Source of the DNA: Macrostomum hystrix
Lineage: Eukaryota > Animalia > Platyhelminthes
Length of the DNA: 64,000 bases
Assembly: GCA_950097015.1 (NCBI GenBank)
Contig: CATNEN010000001.1
Span: 3,472,001-3,536,000, forward strand
Direction: 5' to 3'
Position 1 is the first letter of the stretch. Every line of letters starts with the position of its first letter. The position numbers and the translations under genes were made by a program. A model generated the notes under the pieces. The model did no database searches and was not told the DNA's origin. It saw only the letters and a list, made by a program, of their open reading frames with translations. Below are positions 1-13,786 of the stretch, in pieces.

Positions 1-1949
1 TATACTTAATTACTATTGTAGCCCAATTTATAAACTTGAACTGGAGCTTGTGGGCACCTATTGCCGTTTAGGAAAATTCAAGAAACCAGTAATTGGTGCC
101 ACGCTTGGCCTCAACTACATGATTTTCGCACTACAAAGACTATACTTAATTACTATTGTAGCCCGATTTATAAACTTGAACTGGAGCTTGTGGGCACCTA
201 TTGCCGTTTAGGAAAATTCAAGAAACCAACAATTGCAGTGCCACGCTTGGCCTCAACTACATGATTTTCGCACTACAAAGACTATACTTAATTACTATTG
301 TAGCCAGATTTATAAACTTGAACTGGAGCTTGTGGGCACCTATTGCCGTTTAGGAAAATTCAAGAAACCAACAATTGCAGTGCCACGCTTGGCCTCAACT
401 ACATGATTTTCGCACTACAAAGACTATACTTAATTACTATTGTAGCCAGATTTATAAACTTGAACTGGAGCTTGTGGGCACCTATTGCCGTTTAGGAAAA
501 TTCAAGAAACCAACAATTGCAGTGCCACGCTTGGCCTCAACTACATGATTTTCGCACTACAAAGACTATACTTAATTACTATTGTAGCCAGATTTATAAA
601 CTTGAACTGGAGCTTGTGGGCACCTATTGCCGTTTAGGAAAATTCAAGAAACCAACAATTGCAGTGCCACGCTTGGCCTCAACTACATGATTTTCGCACT
701 ACAAAGACTATACTTAATTACTATTGTAGCCAGATTTATAAACTTGAACTGGAGCTTGTGGGCACCTATTGCCGTTTAGGAAAATTCAAGAAACCAACAA
801 TTGCAGTGCCACGCTTGGCCTCAACTACATGATTTTCGCACTACAAAGACTATACTTAATTACTATTGTAGCCAGATTTATAAACTTGAACTGGAGCTTG
901 TGGGCACCTATTGCCGTTTAGGAAAATTCAAGAAACCAACAATTGCAGTGCCACGCTTGGCCTCAACTACATGATTTTCGCACTACAAAGACTATACTTA
1001 ATTACTATTGTAGCCAGATTTATAAACTTGAACTGGAGCTTGTGGGCACCTATTGCCGTTTAGGAAAATTCAAGAAACCAACAATTGCAGTGCCACGCTT
1101 GGCCTCAACTACATGATTTTCGCACTACAAAGACTATACTTAATTACTATTGTAGCCAGATTTATAAACTTGAACTGGAGCTTGTGGGCACCTATTGCCG
1201 TTTAGGAAAATTCAAGAAACCAACAATTGGTGCCACGCTTGGCCTCAACTACATGATTTTCGCACTACAAAGACTATACTTAATTACTATTGTAGCCAGA
1301 TTTATAAACTTGAACTGGAGCTTGTGGGCACCTATTGCCGTTTAGGAAAATTCAAGAAACCAACAATTGGTGCCACGCTTGGCCTCAACTACATGATTTT
1401 CGCACTACAAAGACTATACTTAATTACTATTGTAGCCAGATTTATAAACTTGAACTGGAGCTTGTGGGCACCTATTGCCGTTTAGGAAAATTCAAGAAAC
1501 CAACAATTGCAGTGCCACGCTTGGCCTCAACTACATGATTTTCGCACTACAAAGACTATACTTAATTACTATTGTAGCCAGATTTATAAACTTGAACTGG
1601 AGCTTGTGGGCACCTATTGCCGTTTAGGAAAATTCAAGAAACCAACAATTGCAGTGCCACGCTTGGCCTCAACTACATGATTTTCGCACTACAAAGACTA
1701 TACTTAATTACTATTGTAGCCAGATTTATAAACTTGAACTGGAGCTTGTGGGCACCTATTGCCGTTTAGGAAAATTCAAGAAACCAACAATTGGTGCCAC
1801 GCTTGGCCTCAACTACATGATTTTCGCACTACAAAGACTATACTTAATTACTATTGTAGCCAGATTTATAAACTTGAACTGGAGCTTGTGGGCACCTATT
1901 GCCGTTTAGGAAAATTCAAGAAACCAACAATTGGTGCCACGCTTGGCCT
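1..1949. repeat. 140/142-bp tandem satellite, ~13.7 copies, running off the left edge; degenerate extra copy at ~2060-2140
   Basis: Unit TATACTTAATTACTATTGTAGCCAGATTTATAAACTTGAAC...CACTACAAAGAC recurs at 1, 141, 283, 425 and onward. Two length variants (ATTGCAGTG vs ATTGGTG). The ORFs here are repeat artefacts. Confidence 0.97.
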
Positions 1950-2760
1950 TAAATGCATGCGTTTCGCAGCCAGTTTCCCAGTTTCCCCAGTTTCTCCAGT
2001 TTCCATGGAGAGACCTGGCGTATATTGTTGTTGTTGTTGTTGTTGTTTCGCAGCACACAGACTACGTAATTATTACTATTGTAGCCAGAGTTATAAACTT
2101 TAACTGGGGCTCGAGCTTGTGGGCACCTATTGCCGTTTGCATGCACTTGTCACCACTGTCTGCTGTTGTTTGTGTCTCATGCTTGGTTTGCGTGCGACTG
2201 GGTTGGGCCGTCTGTCTGGGATCCCCCAAATCCCCAGCCCTGCAGATATATAAGATATATAAGATATATACATGTAGCTTGTGGATGCACAGCACGATTT
2301 TGTGAATGTCACACGGATATGACATCCCTCAGAGAAACGGAAATTAAAGGGAACCATTCGTCATGAACATATATATACTCATCTATGAGCAAAATGAGGT
2401 GCTACGAAGCCAATAATGAGGTAAGTCAGAGTTTAACGAACACTGACCATATCAATACAATAAATATGTGTGTGTATCTGGCTTAACCTAGTCAGTACAA
2501 CTACTGTACCGTACTTTATATGTTTGTCAGTAGATGAACCCGAGATATTAATATTAATTAGGCCATATAGTGCAGCTTCGACTACATTTAGCACTGGTGT
2601 CACGGTGTGGCAGCGATGGTTAGAGGAGAGAGTCAGACTGTCATTGGTCCCACTCTGATGGATGCATTTTTCCACCTGGTAGAATCCACCTGGCGGATTC
2701 ACTTATGTATTCAATTTCAAATTCAGTTGCCTCTCCAAATAAAAGAAATGTTGGGGTACA

Positions 2761-3051
2761 CACAGAACACACAGATGTCATATTTTCTAGAATGTGCAAA
2801 CGTCACTTTTGTAGTCTCACAGAACACACAGATGTCATATTTTCTAGAATGTGCAACCGTCACTTTTGTAGTCTCACAGAACACACAGATGTCATATTTT
2901 CTAGAATGTGCAAACGTCACTTTTGCAGTCTCACAGAACACACAGATGTCATATTTTCTAGAATGTGCAAACGTCACTTTTGCAGTCTCACAGAACACAC
3001 AGATGTCATATTTTCTAGAATGTGCAAACGTCACTTTTGTAGTCTCACAGA
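2761..3051. repeat. 57-bp minisatellite, 5 copies
   Basis: CACAGAACACACAGATGTCATATTTTCTAGAATGTGCAAACGTCACTTTTGYAGTCT at 2761, 2818, 2875, 2932, 2989. Confidence 0.95.
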
Positions 3052-3705
3052 AATAAAAGAGAATTTTTTATGAACGAAAGTATACTTTTAATAATTATTG
3101 CAGCATGAAGATTTGTGCTGCTGTTTAAGAAATTAATAACTAGCGATAAACTTTAAAGTTTACTTACAAAATGAGTTGGATTACATAGAAAAGAATTAGC
3201 GTAGTGGTTGAAATGATGACGCAAAAAGCTAGAACACAATTCCACATGATATGACGAAGTACAATGACGCATTAAAAATGAAACATTTTCGCCTTGAAAA
3301 TGACGAAATATCTGCTAAAATTCTAATCGTTTGTGTGATTGTCAGTTTCATTGATGCCAATGAAACCGGTGAATCATTTTCTTAGAAAGCACTTTGAGCT
3401 TTGAAGTATATGAGCCCTATTATGAATGATTTGTAGTAAACAGTTCGATTAAGATTTTGACAGAGTCGTAACCTTTTCTTGGAGTCGTAGCCAGAATCGC
3501 AGCACAGCAGTACAAGAATGAGCACAGAGAAGCAATAATGAGTACAGATAAGCAATAATGAGCACAGAGAAGCAATAATTAGCACAGATTAAGCAGGAGC
3601 ACATACAAAAGCGGGCGCAACAGGAGAAAGATTCAGTCTTGCGAGACAGCTTGCCACCTGTCTCACTGAGGTCAGTCCAGGGTTTGCACTTTCTCAACAC
3701 GCAAG

Positions 3706-4509
3706 TCAGGCGTCGGTGAGGCAGGTCTGCGGATCCGATATCGGCAGCACGGGTGACACCTGGCCCTGCTTCCGTCTGCCGGTGGCGCCACCGCCGCTTC
3801 TGCTGCGACGCCGCCTCCGCCACCGAAGCCGCCAACCCAGGCAGCAGACGTCCAGGCCCATTCGCTTGACCTCCGGTTTCGAGCGCAGCTCCGTGATCAG
3901 GTTGGACTGCAGCAGCTCCTGTAGCAGGTCCTGACGGGACAAGCCTGGAGCTGATGGATTGTCCAAGTTGACAACCAAGTTTGAGAGCCCGTTGATGCGT
4001 CTGATGAAGGCCATACGTGTCGGTAGGCCTGTTTGAGTAGTGCAGGTGAGTACGGGCTTGATGTTTAACAGGTACCATGCCAAGCAGAACAGGTGAACAC
4101 TGTGTCTAACAGAACAGGTGATCACAGGCTCTCTGTCTAACAGGTGACGCTCTCTGTCTAAAAGGTGACGCTCTCTGTCTAACAGGTGACGCTCTTTGTC
4201 TAACAGGTGACGCTCTCTGTCTAACAAGTGACGCTGTCGGCCTAACAAATGACGCTCTTGGTCTAACAGGTATTTCTAACAGAAATGAATTCCACAATGA
4301 CAGATTTAGAATGACAAATGAATTTCAGAATGACTAGTGATGGACAGATTAAAACAGGACTTGATCTTCATTCATATTCACATTAGAAAATGTCAAGTAA
4401 CTTACTGGAAATGCAGGCGCATCACTGATCTAGACCACAGGTCGAAGAGAGGTAGCCACGTGGCTAGTGCACTAGGCAGAATCGCACAACAAGAGTCAGC
4501 AGCTGCCAT
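3706..4509 (-). CDS. Putative 2-exon orphan gene (exons 4509-4406 and 4105-3706), ~167 aa, unknown function
   Basis: ATG at 4509, GTAAGT donor at 4405-4400, TTCTGTTAG acceptor before 4105. Phases match (2+1) and join the 3706 ORF frame. No recognisable domain. Confidence 0.4.
4130..4280. repeat. 21-bp minisatellite (CTCTCTGTCTAACAGGTGACG), ~6-7 copies
   Basis: Direct tandem copies inside the predicted intron of the 3706-4509 model. Confidence 0.85.
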
Positions 4510-4920
4510 CAGACACAAGTTAATCCTGGAATGGTGCAGGCTTTAGCACAACGTATTAATAATGTCAAATCAAAGTGAATGAAGTACTGCGATAAAATGA
4601 CTCCGTGATGGCAAAGGAAAGAAGATTGAAGGCAACACAATTATCCAAAAATAGGCTCCTTTTTATTTGGCGCCGCCGCCATTCTCAAAGTCGGCATCCG
4701 TGAACAGCGAGTTGTGTTGGCGAGTTCTGTTAGACACAAAAATAGACGCTGTCTATCATTCATTTCTGTCATATCTGTCATTACTGCTACAACAATTTCC
4801 AGATTTCCATATCTTAACTTCCTAATCTTATCTTATCTTTCCATAACTTCCATTTCATATCTTCCAGATTCGCATATTTCCAGATCTTAGCCGCCGTAGG
4901 CGCCGCCGTTCAGCAGCGAC

Positions 4921-4921
<1 letters not shown>

Positions 4922-4968
<47 letters not shown>
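4922..4968. repeat. (GGC)n microsatellite
   Basis: Visible run of GGC triplets. Confidence 0.95.
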
Positions 4969-7315
4969 AGCATCCATTCTGCAACAATGCATTAAATGCT
5001 TTAAATGAAATTTAAAATTAGGAGAAAATTTCAATTAGGAAAATAGAATTCCAACTTAGAAGTAGGATTAAATGAATAATTTCGAAAATTAGAATGATGA
5101 TTGGGAGGCAATGAAAGTTAACAGTTTCCCCGAGCGAAAGTTTTTTATAAGTAAGCAATAACAATAATGTGTCCTAAAGCATGCTCTGTAGAAAAGTTGG
5201 CCCATTTAAATGAGCATTGGAAAGTCATAATTCGAATGAGATTTTATACGACCGAGCAACAACAGTTACGTTATGAAACGACTTGCTTTCTAGGAAAGAT
5301 GGTTTCTGCACTGTATGTTATGAGGGACCATTTAAATTAACGTTTCGCGGTCATTTTCTTTGAGAACAAGGGTACGTCAAGTTATAAATAGTTTGTTTCA
5401 CAGTATAAAAGCAAGGCATAATGTGAAAGCGGAGAATATTGAAATTTAGCAGAATACAATACGAAGTAATGTGCAGAGCTGGACAAGTGTTACTGCTAAT
5501 CACAGGCTTGGGGAGGTAGTATGAGTCTGTTGTTTGTTTTATGTTTGACTTGCACATTCAAAGTGTTTAACTCAAACAATATGAATCTACTGCTCTCAAC
5601 CCAGTGCCACTGTCCTAACTTGTCAGCTCGGCTCATAGCTAATATGTGACCTTCTATGATCATCACTAAATGAATGCACCCACATTCCATTTATGTATTA
5701 AAATGTAGACCTCTAAGAGTATAAAGTTTCAGTGTATTATAAATAGTGAGCTATCCAAGCCTTTTTTACATAGGCTACAGAGTTTATGCTTATCTTAACA
5801 AGTCTTAATATTAGAATAAAAACCTGTATATTGGGTCTATTAGTCTATATGCATAGGCCTAGCTTATTGGCTGGCAACTTGTCATAATTGTATGGAAACA
5901 ATGAATTATTCTAAATGAAATTGGGACCCAGGAATATAAATTCTTATTAAGATTTCCAAGCAACTACTGGGATATGGGATCTATGAGCTGGGAGCCTAGG
6001 ATCAAGGACTAGTGTTGCCCCTAAAAAATTCCGCAGGGCTTAATTCTATGATTGAATTGATAATTAGTGGAATATGTAATCCAAAGTAAACTAATTGACT
6101 ATTGTATATCCAATTCCAAAAATGGTATGGTCAGTATGGTATACTTGCCAATTTGCACCCACTTCATAGGTCACAGATTTAAAAGAATGGTGCTTTTAAA
6201 AGAAAGATCTAATAAAATGAGGGGAAGAAATAAGAAAATTGGAACCAAAGTCTAACATCTGTCATCTGTAGGCCTAACTGTCTATGACTGTGTATGACTT
6301 TGTTTTATGAGTGTCATGTAACACGTTAGAACTATTCTAATCATTGACAAATCCATGGATCTTTATTACCTAGATGTAGCACTCTAGGGACTTTTGTGTG
6401 CCCCTAGACCCAATGTATTTCTAATTTGGTTTAAGCTCAGTAGCTTGAGAGAAAATTGCCAGTATTTTATGTAAATATTCATTTTACATGTTGCATTTTA
6501 TAGCAAGAGTATGCCTAGTAAAGATACCTAAGCCCCATGCAAAGAAACAAAAGGAGACTTGAAAAAAATTGCCAAGTGCTAATGCTGATTTAATGTTCTG
6601 TGGTGCCATATGAAGTGCTGTCAAAGTATAGACTACAATTCTGTGTAGGCTAGAAGGATAGGAATATGAGTGAATAGGAATTGGAGGAAGGGAAAAGGAT
6701 CCCTGTGGCCCTGTGGCACTTGGGTGGCGCAGCTCCTCATACAGCAGCTACATGAGTTTAATACTCTGGCACCATCTATTTGCTATTGAGCATAGCTCAC
6801 ACAGATAGGAAACATTGGCAACTAAATAAATTTCTGCTACATCTTTTTAATGCCATCCAAACAAAAATAACTGCCTATGTCCCATAGCTACTGAACTTGA
6901 GCTCTGAGTGAGCATGGACATGGTCAAGTTTATTAAATGTTTTTTAGTGGGATCACATTTTTCACATTGCTTGAATGGGGAGTAGGTTATCTAGGGAATA
7001 TAAGATCTATGGACACTGACCTATTAGGACAGGGTTGGTAACCATTTTTATCTTGTAGGCCAGATAGAGATTTGAGCACATGGGTCATGGCTCATGAACA
7101 CATGGAAGAAGTGGAAGTGTAAGTAGAAGAGTAGAAGCTTAGAGGGTGGAGAGCTAGGGTGGAGTGGAGAGGAGGCTGCATTGGGTGGGGTTGGGGTTGG
7201 GTTTGGTAGATTTGGGCTAGATTTAGTAAGCCATACAAGTAAAGTATGGGGTAGATATCTGATCCTGTCCTGTCTGTCTACCTGTCTGTCTGCCTACCTG
7301 CCTGCCTGCTTGCCT

Positions 7316-7672
7316 GAGGGCACTGGTCCCCTCTATAACATGGGGGCACTGACCCCTCTAGCAGGGAGGGCACTGGCCCCTCTAGCAGGGAGGGCACTGA
7401 TCACTCTAGCAGGGAGGGAACTGGCCCCTCTAGCAGGGAGGGCACTGACCCCTCTCTAGCAGGGAGGGCACTGACCCCTTCTAACAGGGAGGGAACTGGC
7501 CGCTCTAGCAGGGAGGGCACTGATCGCTCTAGCAGGGAGGGAACTGGCCCCTCTAGCAGGGAGGGCACTGACCCCTCTCTAGCAGGGAGGGCACTGATCA
7601 CTCTAGCAGGGAGGGAACTGGCCCCTCTAGCAGGGAGGGCACTGACCCCTCTCTAGCAAGGAGGGCACTGAC
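7316..7672. repeat. 24/26-bp GC-rich minisatellite (GGCACTGRCCCCTCTAGCAGGGAG), ~14 copies
   Basis: Direct tandem repetition; it explains the repetitive short ORFs here. Confidence 0.93.
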
Positions 7673-8677
7673 CACTTTCCAATCCCACGATCCCCTTTCC
7701 AATCCCATGATCTCAATTCTAATCCCATGATCTCAATTCTCTCCTCTCTGCCCCTCACTCCCTCCTGTCTGCCCGAATTAAACAATGAACAATATGAACA
7801 ATCCACAATACGAAAATAGTCAATAATATAGTCAACAAAATTAGCCATTTTTAATAAAAGAAACGAAATAATGATGTTTAGTTGTTCCTTGGTCTTTAAT
7901 AAAGAGGAGAGTTAGGGAGAATGCGATGAGAATATGTTCTTCTCAGAGTTATTCTGTTTTTCTCAATCTCAGATAGTCTTTGCAAATCTCAACGTTATAA
8001 AAATAAAGATGTACTGAAGTTTATTAGATTCGATAAACAATTTTCTTTCTTAATAGAATCAACAAGTCCACTATCTAATGACAAAATAGTTTGAGAGTCG
8101 AGACTGAACGAGCGTCTTTGTTCTGGTCTTTTGTTAAATAGATGGTGTGATATGCAGGACACCATAATAGGCAAGCCAGGAGCCTCAAGACAGAGAGGAC
8201 ACGCGATTATGGGGTTTGGGAAATGGGGTGGGTGTCATTAAATGAATCACAGCGAATCGCACGCGAATATGGGGTTTTGGGAATGGGGTGGGTGTTAAAT
8301 GACTGACAAATATTTTTGGTTTGGAAGGATCGATAAATTAAACGGCCGTTAGTTTGGCTCGGTGTGAGAAGGGTTTAGTCAAAGGACCCCTATATAACAG
8401 CATCTGCACTGGAAGCTAAACGGAAAAGTTAAGTTAGTAGTCAAAATTAGTAGTTATTTGCAAGGACTACTAGAGTAGAAGGTCGCGACACTTAAAGACT
8501 GTAAATTTTATTAAAGGCCACTTTTCTAAGCGATGTCTTTTTTAAACGGATGCACATAGAAATTTACTTTTTTCGCTGGGACCTTCGAAATTCATTGCCC
8601 TTGAAGATAAAATACATTTGCGTCTGGATAAACATATTTTTTAAACTCGCTAATCTGATGGCCCCTGCTACCCCTGA

Positions 8678-8900
8678 TGTGGGATAACTGCTGAAGTGGG
8701 ATAACTGCTGCACTGGGAAAACTGCAGAAGTTGAATTACTGGATGAAGTTAGATAACTGCTGAAGTAAGATAACAGGTTAAGTGGGATTACTCCTGAAGT
8801 GGGCTATCTGATGAAATGGGATTTCTGCCGATATGGGATAACTGTAGATGGGGGATAACTGGTGAAAGGGGATAGCTGCTTAAGGGGATATCTGATGAAG
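8678..8900. repeat. Degenerate ~18-bp repeat (TGAAGTGGGATAACTGC), with related copies at ~9425-9515
   Basis: Recurrent GGGATAACTG core. Confidence 0.65.
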
Positions 8901-9774
8901 TGACGAATTTAGTTAGTGACGAATTTTTTAATAACTGAATAATTCGGGGCGGCTTAATTGCTATTCACATTCTAAAATTAAAATTTGGACTGGAAGCGGA
9001 GCTGATATCTTCCTTTTTTCTAAGACTTGTGGCCAATAAAATTGCCCGATTTACACAGGGGCGGGGCAGATAGACAGAAAATAGCGTATTTATTTTTTGG
9101 CTGGACCGACTTTTCCAAATTTTTGCTTCCCCAGAACTCACCAAAAAGCGATGCCGCCGCCTCCTGGCGGCCCGCCCGGGCCCCAATGCCAGGGCGGCAT
9201 GAAACCGATATTTCTGCAAAATACAAGGCCTTCTGGCAATTGAATTGATTCCATCGTTAGCTGTGAATCTGACAAAAAATTTACTCACCCTCGGCAATAG
9301 GCAGATAAACTTCTGAGCTTTACCTGCTCCATCAGGAGCAGGTAGGCTCGCACGCTGTCTCTCTGCAAATTTTTAAAAGAAAAAATATAGAGCAAGGACG
9401 AAGGACGGTTGTTAGTACAATCCTGTATAACTGAGTAACGGGGATAACTCATGAAATAGGATAACTAATGAACGGGGATGATTGCATGATAAAGTCAATA
9501 ACTGAAGAAGTGGGAATTTGGAGAAGGCTTTGTGGATCAGAGAAGGGCTTGGGATCTGGGATTAAAGCTGTAAATCCCAAAACCCCGAATCAACGAATAA
9601 ATGCATATTTCTGCTATTGACTGCACTGAAGAATTAATTTATAGAGTTAGGAGGGTCTTTGTCAACAGCACTATTTAAAGGCACAGAAACTCACATTCGT
9701 CTTCCAGTTCCGCCATTTGCGGCCTCCCCGATGACGAGGGCGGCCGCGGCGGCTGTGCTGCTGGGGATTGGGGG

Positions 9775-10125
9775 GAGGGTGGGCTGGGCCTGGGTTGGGT
9801 TGGGGAGGGTTGGGACGGGCTGGACGGGGGGGTTGGCCGACTGGGGCAGGGGTGGTAAGGGTGGGTTGTGGGCCTGGGTTGGGTTGAGGAGGGATGGGGC
9901 GGGCTGGACGGGGCGGTTGGCCGACTGGGGCAGGGGTGGTGAGGGTGGGTTGTGGGCCTGGGTTGGGTTGAGGAGGGATGGGGCGGGCTGGACGGGGCGG
10001 TTGGCCGACTGGGGCAGGGGTGGTGAGGGTGGGTTGTGGGCCTGGGTTGGGTTGAGGAGGGATGGGGCGGGCTGGAAGGTTGGGTTGGGCGGGGAGAAGA
10101 GGGCGGACTGGGGCAGGGGCAGGCT
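9775..10125. repeat. 84-bp G-rich minisatellite, ~3.5 copies
   Basis: GGCCGACTGGGGCAGGGGTGGT recurs at 9835, 9919, 10003; many G3+ runs. Confidence 0.9.
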
Positions 10126-12185
10126 GGGTCGGGATCAGGGGGGGAGCACCGGCCACCCGGGCATATGAAGCCCTGGTGGCCGGCCTGGAAGGTGGCGGCG
10201 ATGGCGGAGGCGTTGGCGGGGGGCGGGGCGGGGGGCGTGGCGGGGCCCGCAAGGGCCGGGCGTCGGCCCGACCCTTCTTTCGGCCGGCCGACTTTTTCTT
10301 TGATGCCTGAAATTATGTATTGCCAAACTCGTTAATCACGCAAATTATGTTTCTTGGAAATTAACAAACATGATTCAAGGAAGTGTTGTACCAGTAAACT
10401 AACGGTGAGGTAGCTATAGCAGTATATGTAAGTTATAGGTGAGTTTGTCAGTTCAAATATTACCTGGCCTCTTTGGACACATGAAAGAGTTTTTCTTTTC
10501 TAAGAAAATACCAAAACTTTGCCACTTAATAGCTTTATTGTTTAAGATAATCATACTTGATTTTCTTCATCAAATTCTTAAATTTTTTCTTTGACTTTAC
10601 TAAGTTTAATTTTACTCTAAAAGTTGGGTAAAGTTTAGCACTTTAATATACCAATGATCTAATATCATGCATAGAAGGACAAATAATTTGGTTTCTGCAT
10701 TAAAAAATTCGAATTTTTATATAAAAAATTAGATAGAAAGTCAGATACAACAAACAGTAGTACTAATGTAGGATCACATATATCATTTGTGTGAATTATC
10801 TATGTGAGTTTCTTGTAAACATTTGCTATAGCATAGCTATAGCTATGCCCTATGCGAATCTTTAAAAAATTAAAGTCTCTTTTGAAGAGGACAGAACAGA
10901 AGTAGCTAGTCCTATATGAAGATACTAATTTCTTAGCCTAAATTTAGCTATTATATGTTTTTATTGGAATAAATGTTACAGTTACAACCCTATTTGGCTA
11001 GAGGAATTCCTTCAGTTTAAGGATGGAATAAATATTTATATTTAGACATAACTAGCTATGCCTATAATCAGTGCTGCTCTTATTTTCATAGACCAAATTT
11101 AATAATTTAATAACTAAAAATTTCCTCTCCTTGCTATCTAATTATATCTATGTTATCTATGTTATCTATCTAATTATATCTATGTTATAACTAGGCATAA
11201 ATTCAAAATTATGGCTTTTTAGTCTAAAAATGAGAACTATACACTCAATATAGTTGCCCAGGGTTTGAAAAAGAGTTTAATATTTTTTTCAAGTTTTGTA
11301 TTCCTTGAATGAACTTATTTAGTCTCCAAAAAGACAAAGTCTTGAGTAGACCTTCTAGTCAAACAAAAACTTTTCAATTGTTTCAGAATTCAAGTAAATG
11401 TCTTGTAACCCTTTTATTATGCAAGATAATTTCATGAATTTTGTCCACATGAAGATAACATGAATGAAATTAGAAATATCAAATAAAAAGCAAGTAGAAC
11501 ATGATTCAAAAGGGAAAAATAATGGCTCTAGGAATATAGTCAGGCTATAACATTGCTTTGTAGGCCTATCAATTTTTCTTATGTGTATATTGAACTAGCA
11601 AAGTGAAATAATAATTTAAGATCAAATAGTAGAGTAGACTATATAGCTACTTGTTTAGAAAGGGAAGCAAATAATTATTTTGTATATGTTGGTATATGTA
11701 AAACATAATATATATTGGTAATTTTTAACTGGAATTGGCTCTCTATTGTAAACATTTTTATAATGCTAGAATACAAGGTTATCACCTTGTATAGTAGCAA
11801 AATAACTGTATACAAAAGATTATCAGGCACACCAGATGGCAAATATGGATCTCAGATTTAAATAGTGAGTTGACAGCTGACCCTACCTATATTTTTATCC
11901 ATTTTTGCCAAGCGAGAAGGTTTCCAGAAGTGCCCATAGATTTAGAGTGCAAGGTATTCAGAGCTTTGGTCAATTTTTAAGACTTTAGCTTCACAGCACT
12001 ATGTTAAATGCAAGTGGTTAAAATGAATACAGCACAATAGCTATATCAATCTACATTAAAAAGCTTTCTACTGAGGCTTACAGCACTTCTAAAGAGTGCA
12101 ATGTACATTATCCTCATTGATTTTAATAGCACATCTATAAAGTGCAATATACTGAACTGTTTTATTTAACAATTTGCAGTCTAGT

Positions 12186-13738
12186 CTATCTAGGAAAAAG
12201 ATGGACTGTCCTACTGTTTGGCTGTTGTGAGATAACATGTTCTTCAGCAGCACTTTGCTGTGTCATATGTGACAGGCTTGGTAATGAAAATTGTAAAGGT
12301 ACCTGAGGAGGTACTTGAGACTCAGATATCTGTATTTCCTGTGGCAATAACATACCTGGGTAATAATTCTGCGAAAACTGAGCAAGACCTAGGTGACTAT
12401 GTATTACTTGATTTTGAGAACTTCTAAGTTGCTGCAAATGAATGTCTTCTAAATAAGCGTCTGGATTTTGGAATAAATTTTCAATACTATTGATATTTGA
12501 AGTAGTATTGTTGAGACTGGTAATATCATTGACATTACTTTGTGATGCTTCTGCACTTTGACTACATTCTTCATTGAGGCTTATCTCAGCCTCAGCAGCA
12601 TAGTCATTTTGCTGTGTAGCCACTATTGCAGAATCATTACCATTTGCACTAGTACCTTGCATGCCAACAAGCAATGCTTCATTTTGGTTTGCCAGAGTAC
12701 CTTCAGTGCTAATTGTAGGTGCTACATTTCTCTCATTCCATTCTGAATGAGACCAAAATTTTACTTCACCATGATCAGAAATTGCCTGAAATTGTGCAAC
12801 ACATTGCTGTTGGTTAAGATTATGGGGTGAAGAGAAGTTGGGAATAAAACGTCCTGGCCCTTTCTTCTGACCTGTAGCTAAATCAGAAGCTATAAGTGCC
12901 CATTGAATTGCACCAGAGTTGCCTGCCCTTTCATAAGCGTCCTTAGCTATTTTACTAAGCTCTTTGCGCATGTAGACAACACCCTTTTTAATAATTTCTT
13001 CAAACTTTCCTTCTGTTTGAGGAAGCTGCTGCAAATTTTGAAGCCTGTGTTGCGCTTGCTTATCTGCTCTTATAAAATCAACAATAGAACTACATGCTTC
13101 TTGGACCTGTCCACTCAAAGTGCCAGTGACATCTTTAGAACAGTGATAAATGGCTCTGTCATGTTCAGTAATTCTAATAACAATGTAAGTTTCTTTATGT
13201 TTGTCCAAGTCCTGAATGATTCTTTTAATTGGGCGAGGTCGATTTTTAGCAGCTTTTCTTAGTCGTTATTTTTTTGCTATACTTAGACCCCTATACTTCT
13301 CTAGCAATGCTGAAGTCCAAGCTGAAATGAAGAAGTATATGATATTAAAAATATTTAAACGAGATTTCCACTAAACTAGGCTTTTGTCCAGAACTGCAAG
13401 AATTAAAAGTGAGGCCATGCTTAAGGTAATCTCCCCTTGACCTCAGGGGAGAGAACAACACCATTACTGAATTAACTGTTTAAATATAAAATGAAAAATT
13501 AACACCCAAACCAGCATTATGCATGAAAGCATATTTACCAAGTTTTTAAGGCAGTCACCCATTTTTTAGAAACTAAGAAAGCTGCCCTTTTCCTTTTTCC
13601 AGTCAGCTGTACAATTCTGAACAAAAACCAAGTTAGTAGGTGCAGAAATGCCCAATTCCTTTAAATCTTACTGTATATAAAACACTTACTAGCACAGCCC
13701 TTCTTTCGAAGAAATTCATTGCCGCTAGTAGGTCCCAT
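12186..13738 (-). pseudogene. 3' exons (13738-13690 and 13321-12186) of a degraded gene with a weakly HMG-box-like segment and a Q/S/N-rich tail
   Basis: The 340-aa ORF extends upstream in frame to a TTTCAG acceptor but is interrupted by TAA at 13268-13266. The preceding 49-nt exon has TTTTAG/GTAAGT borders in compatible phase (..PTSGNEFLRKKGCATWTSALLEKYRGLSIAKK*RLRK..). Confidence 0.5.
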
Positions 13739-13786
13739 CTAAAATTAAGTTTTTAGCAATATGTAAATCAAATGTCTGTCACATAC

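Noticed and set aside
61-3073. Many short ORFs in the satellite and the 57-bp repeat
   Set aside because: They are translations of tandem repeats with non-ATG starts and no domains.
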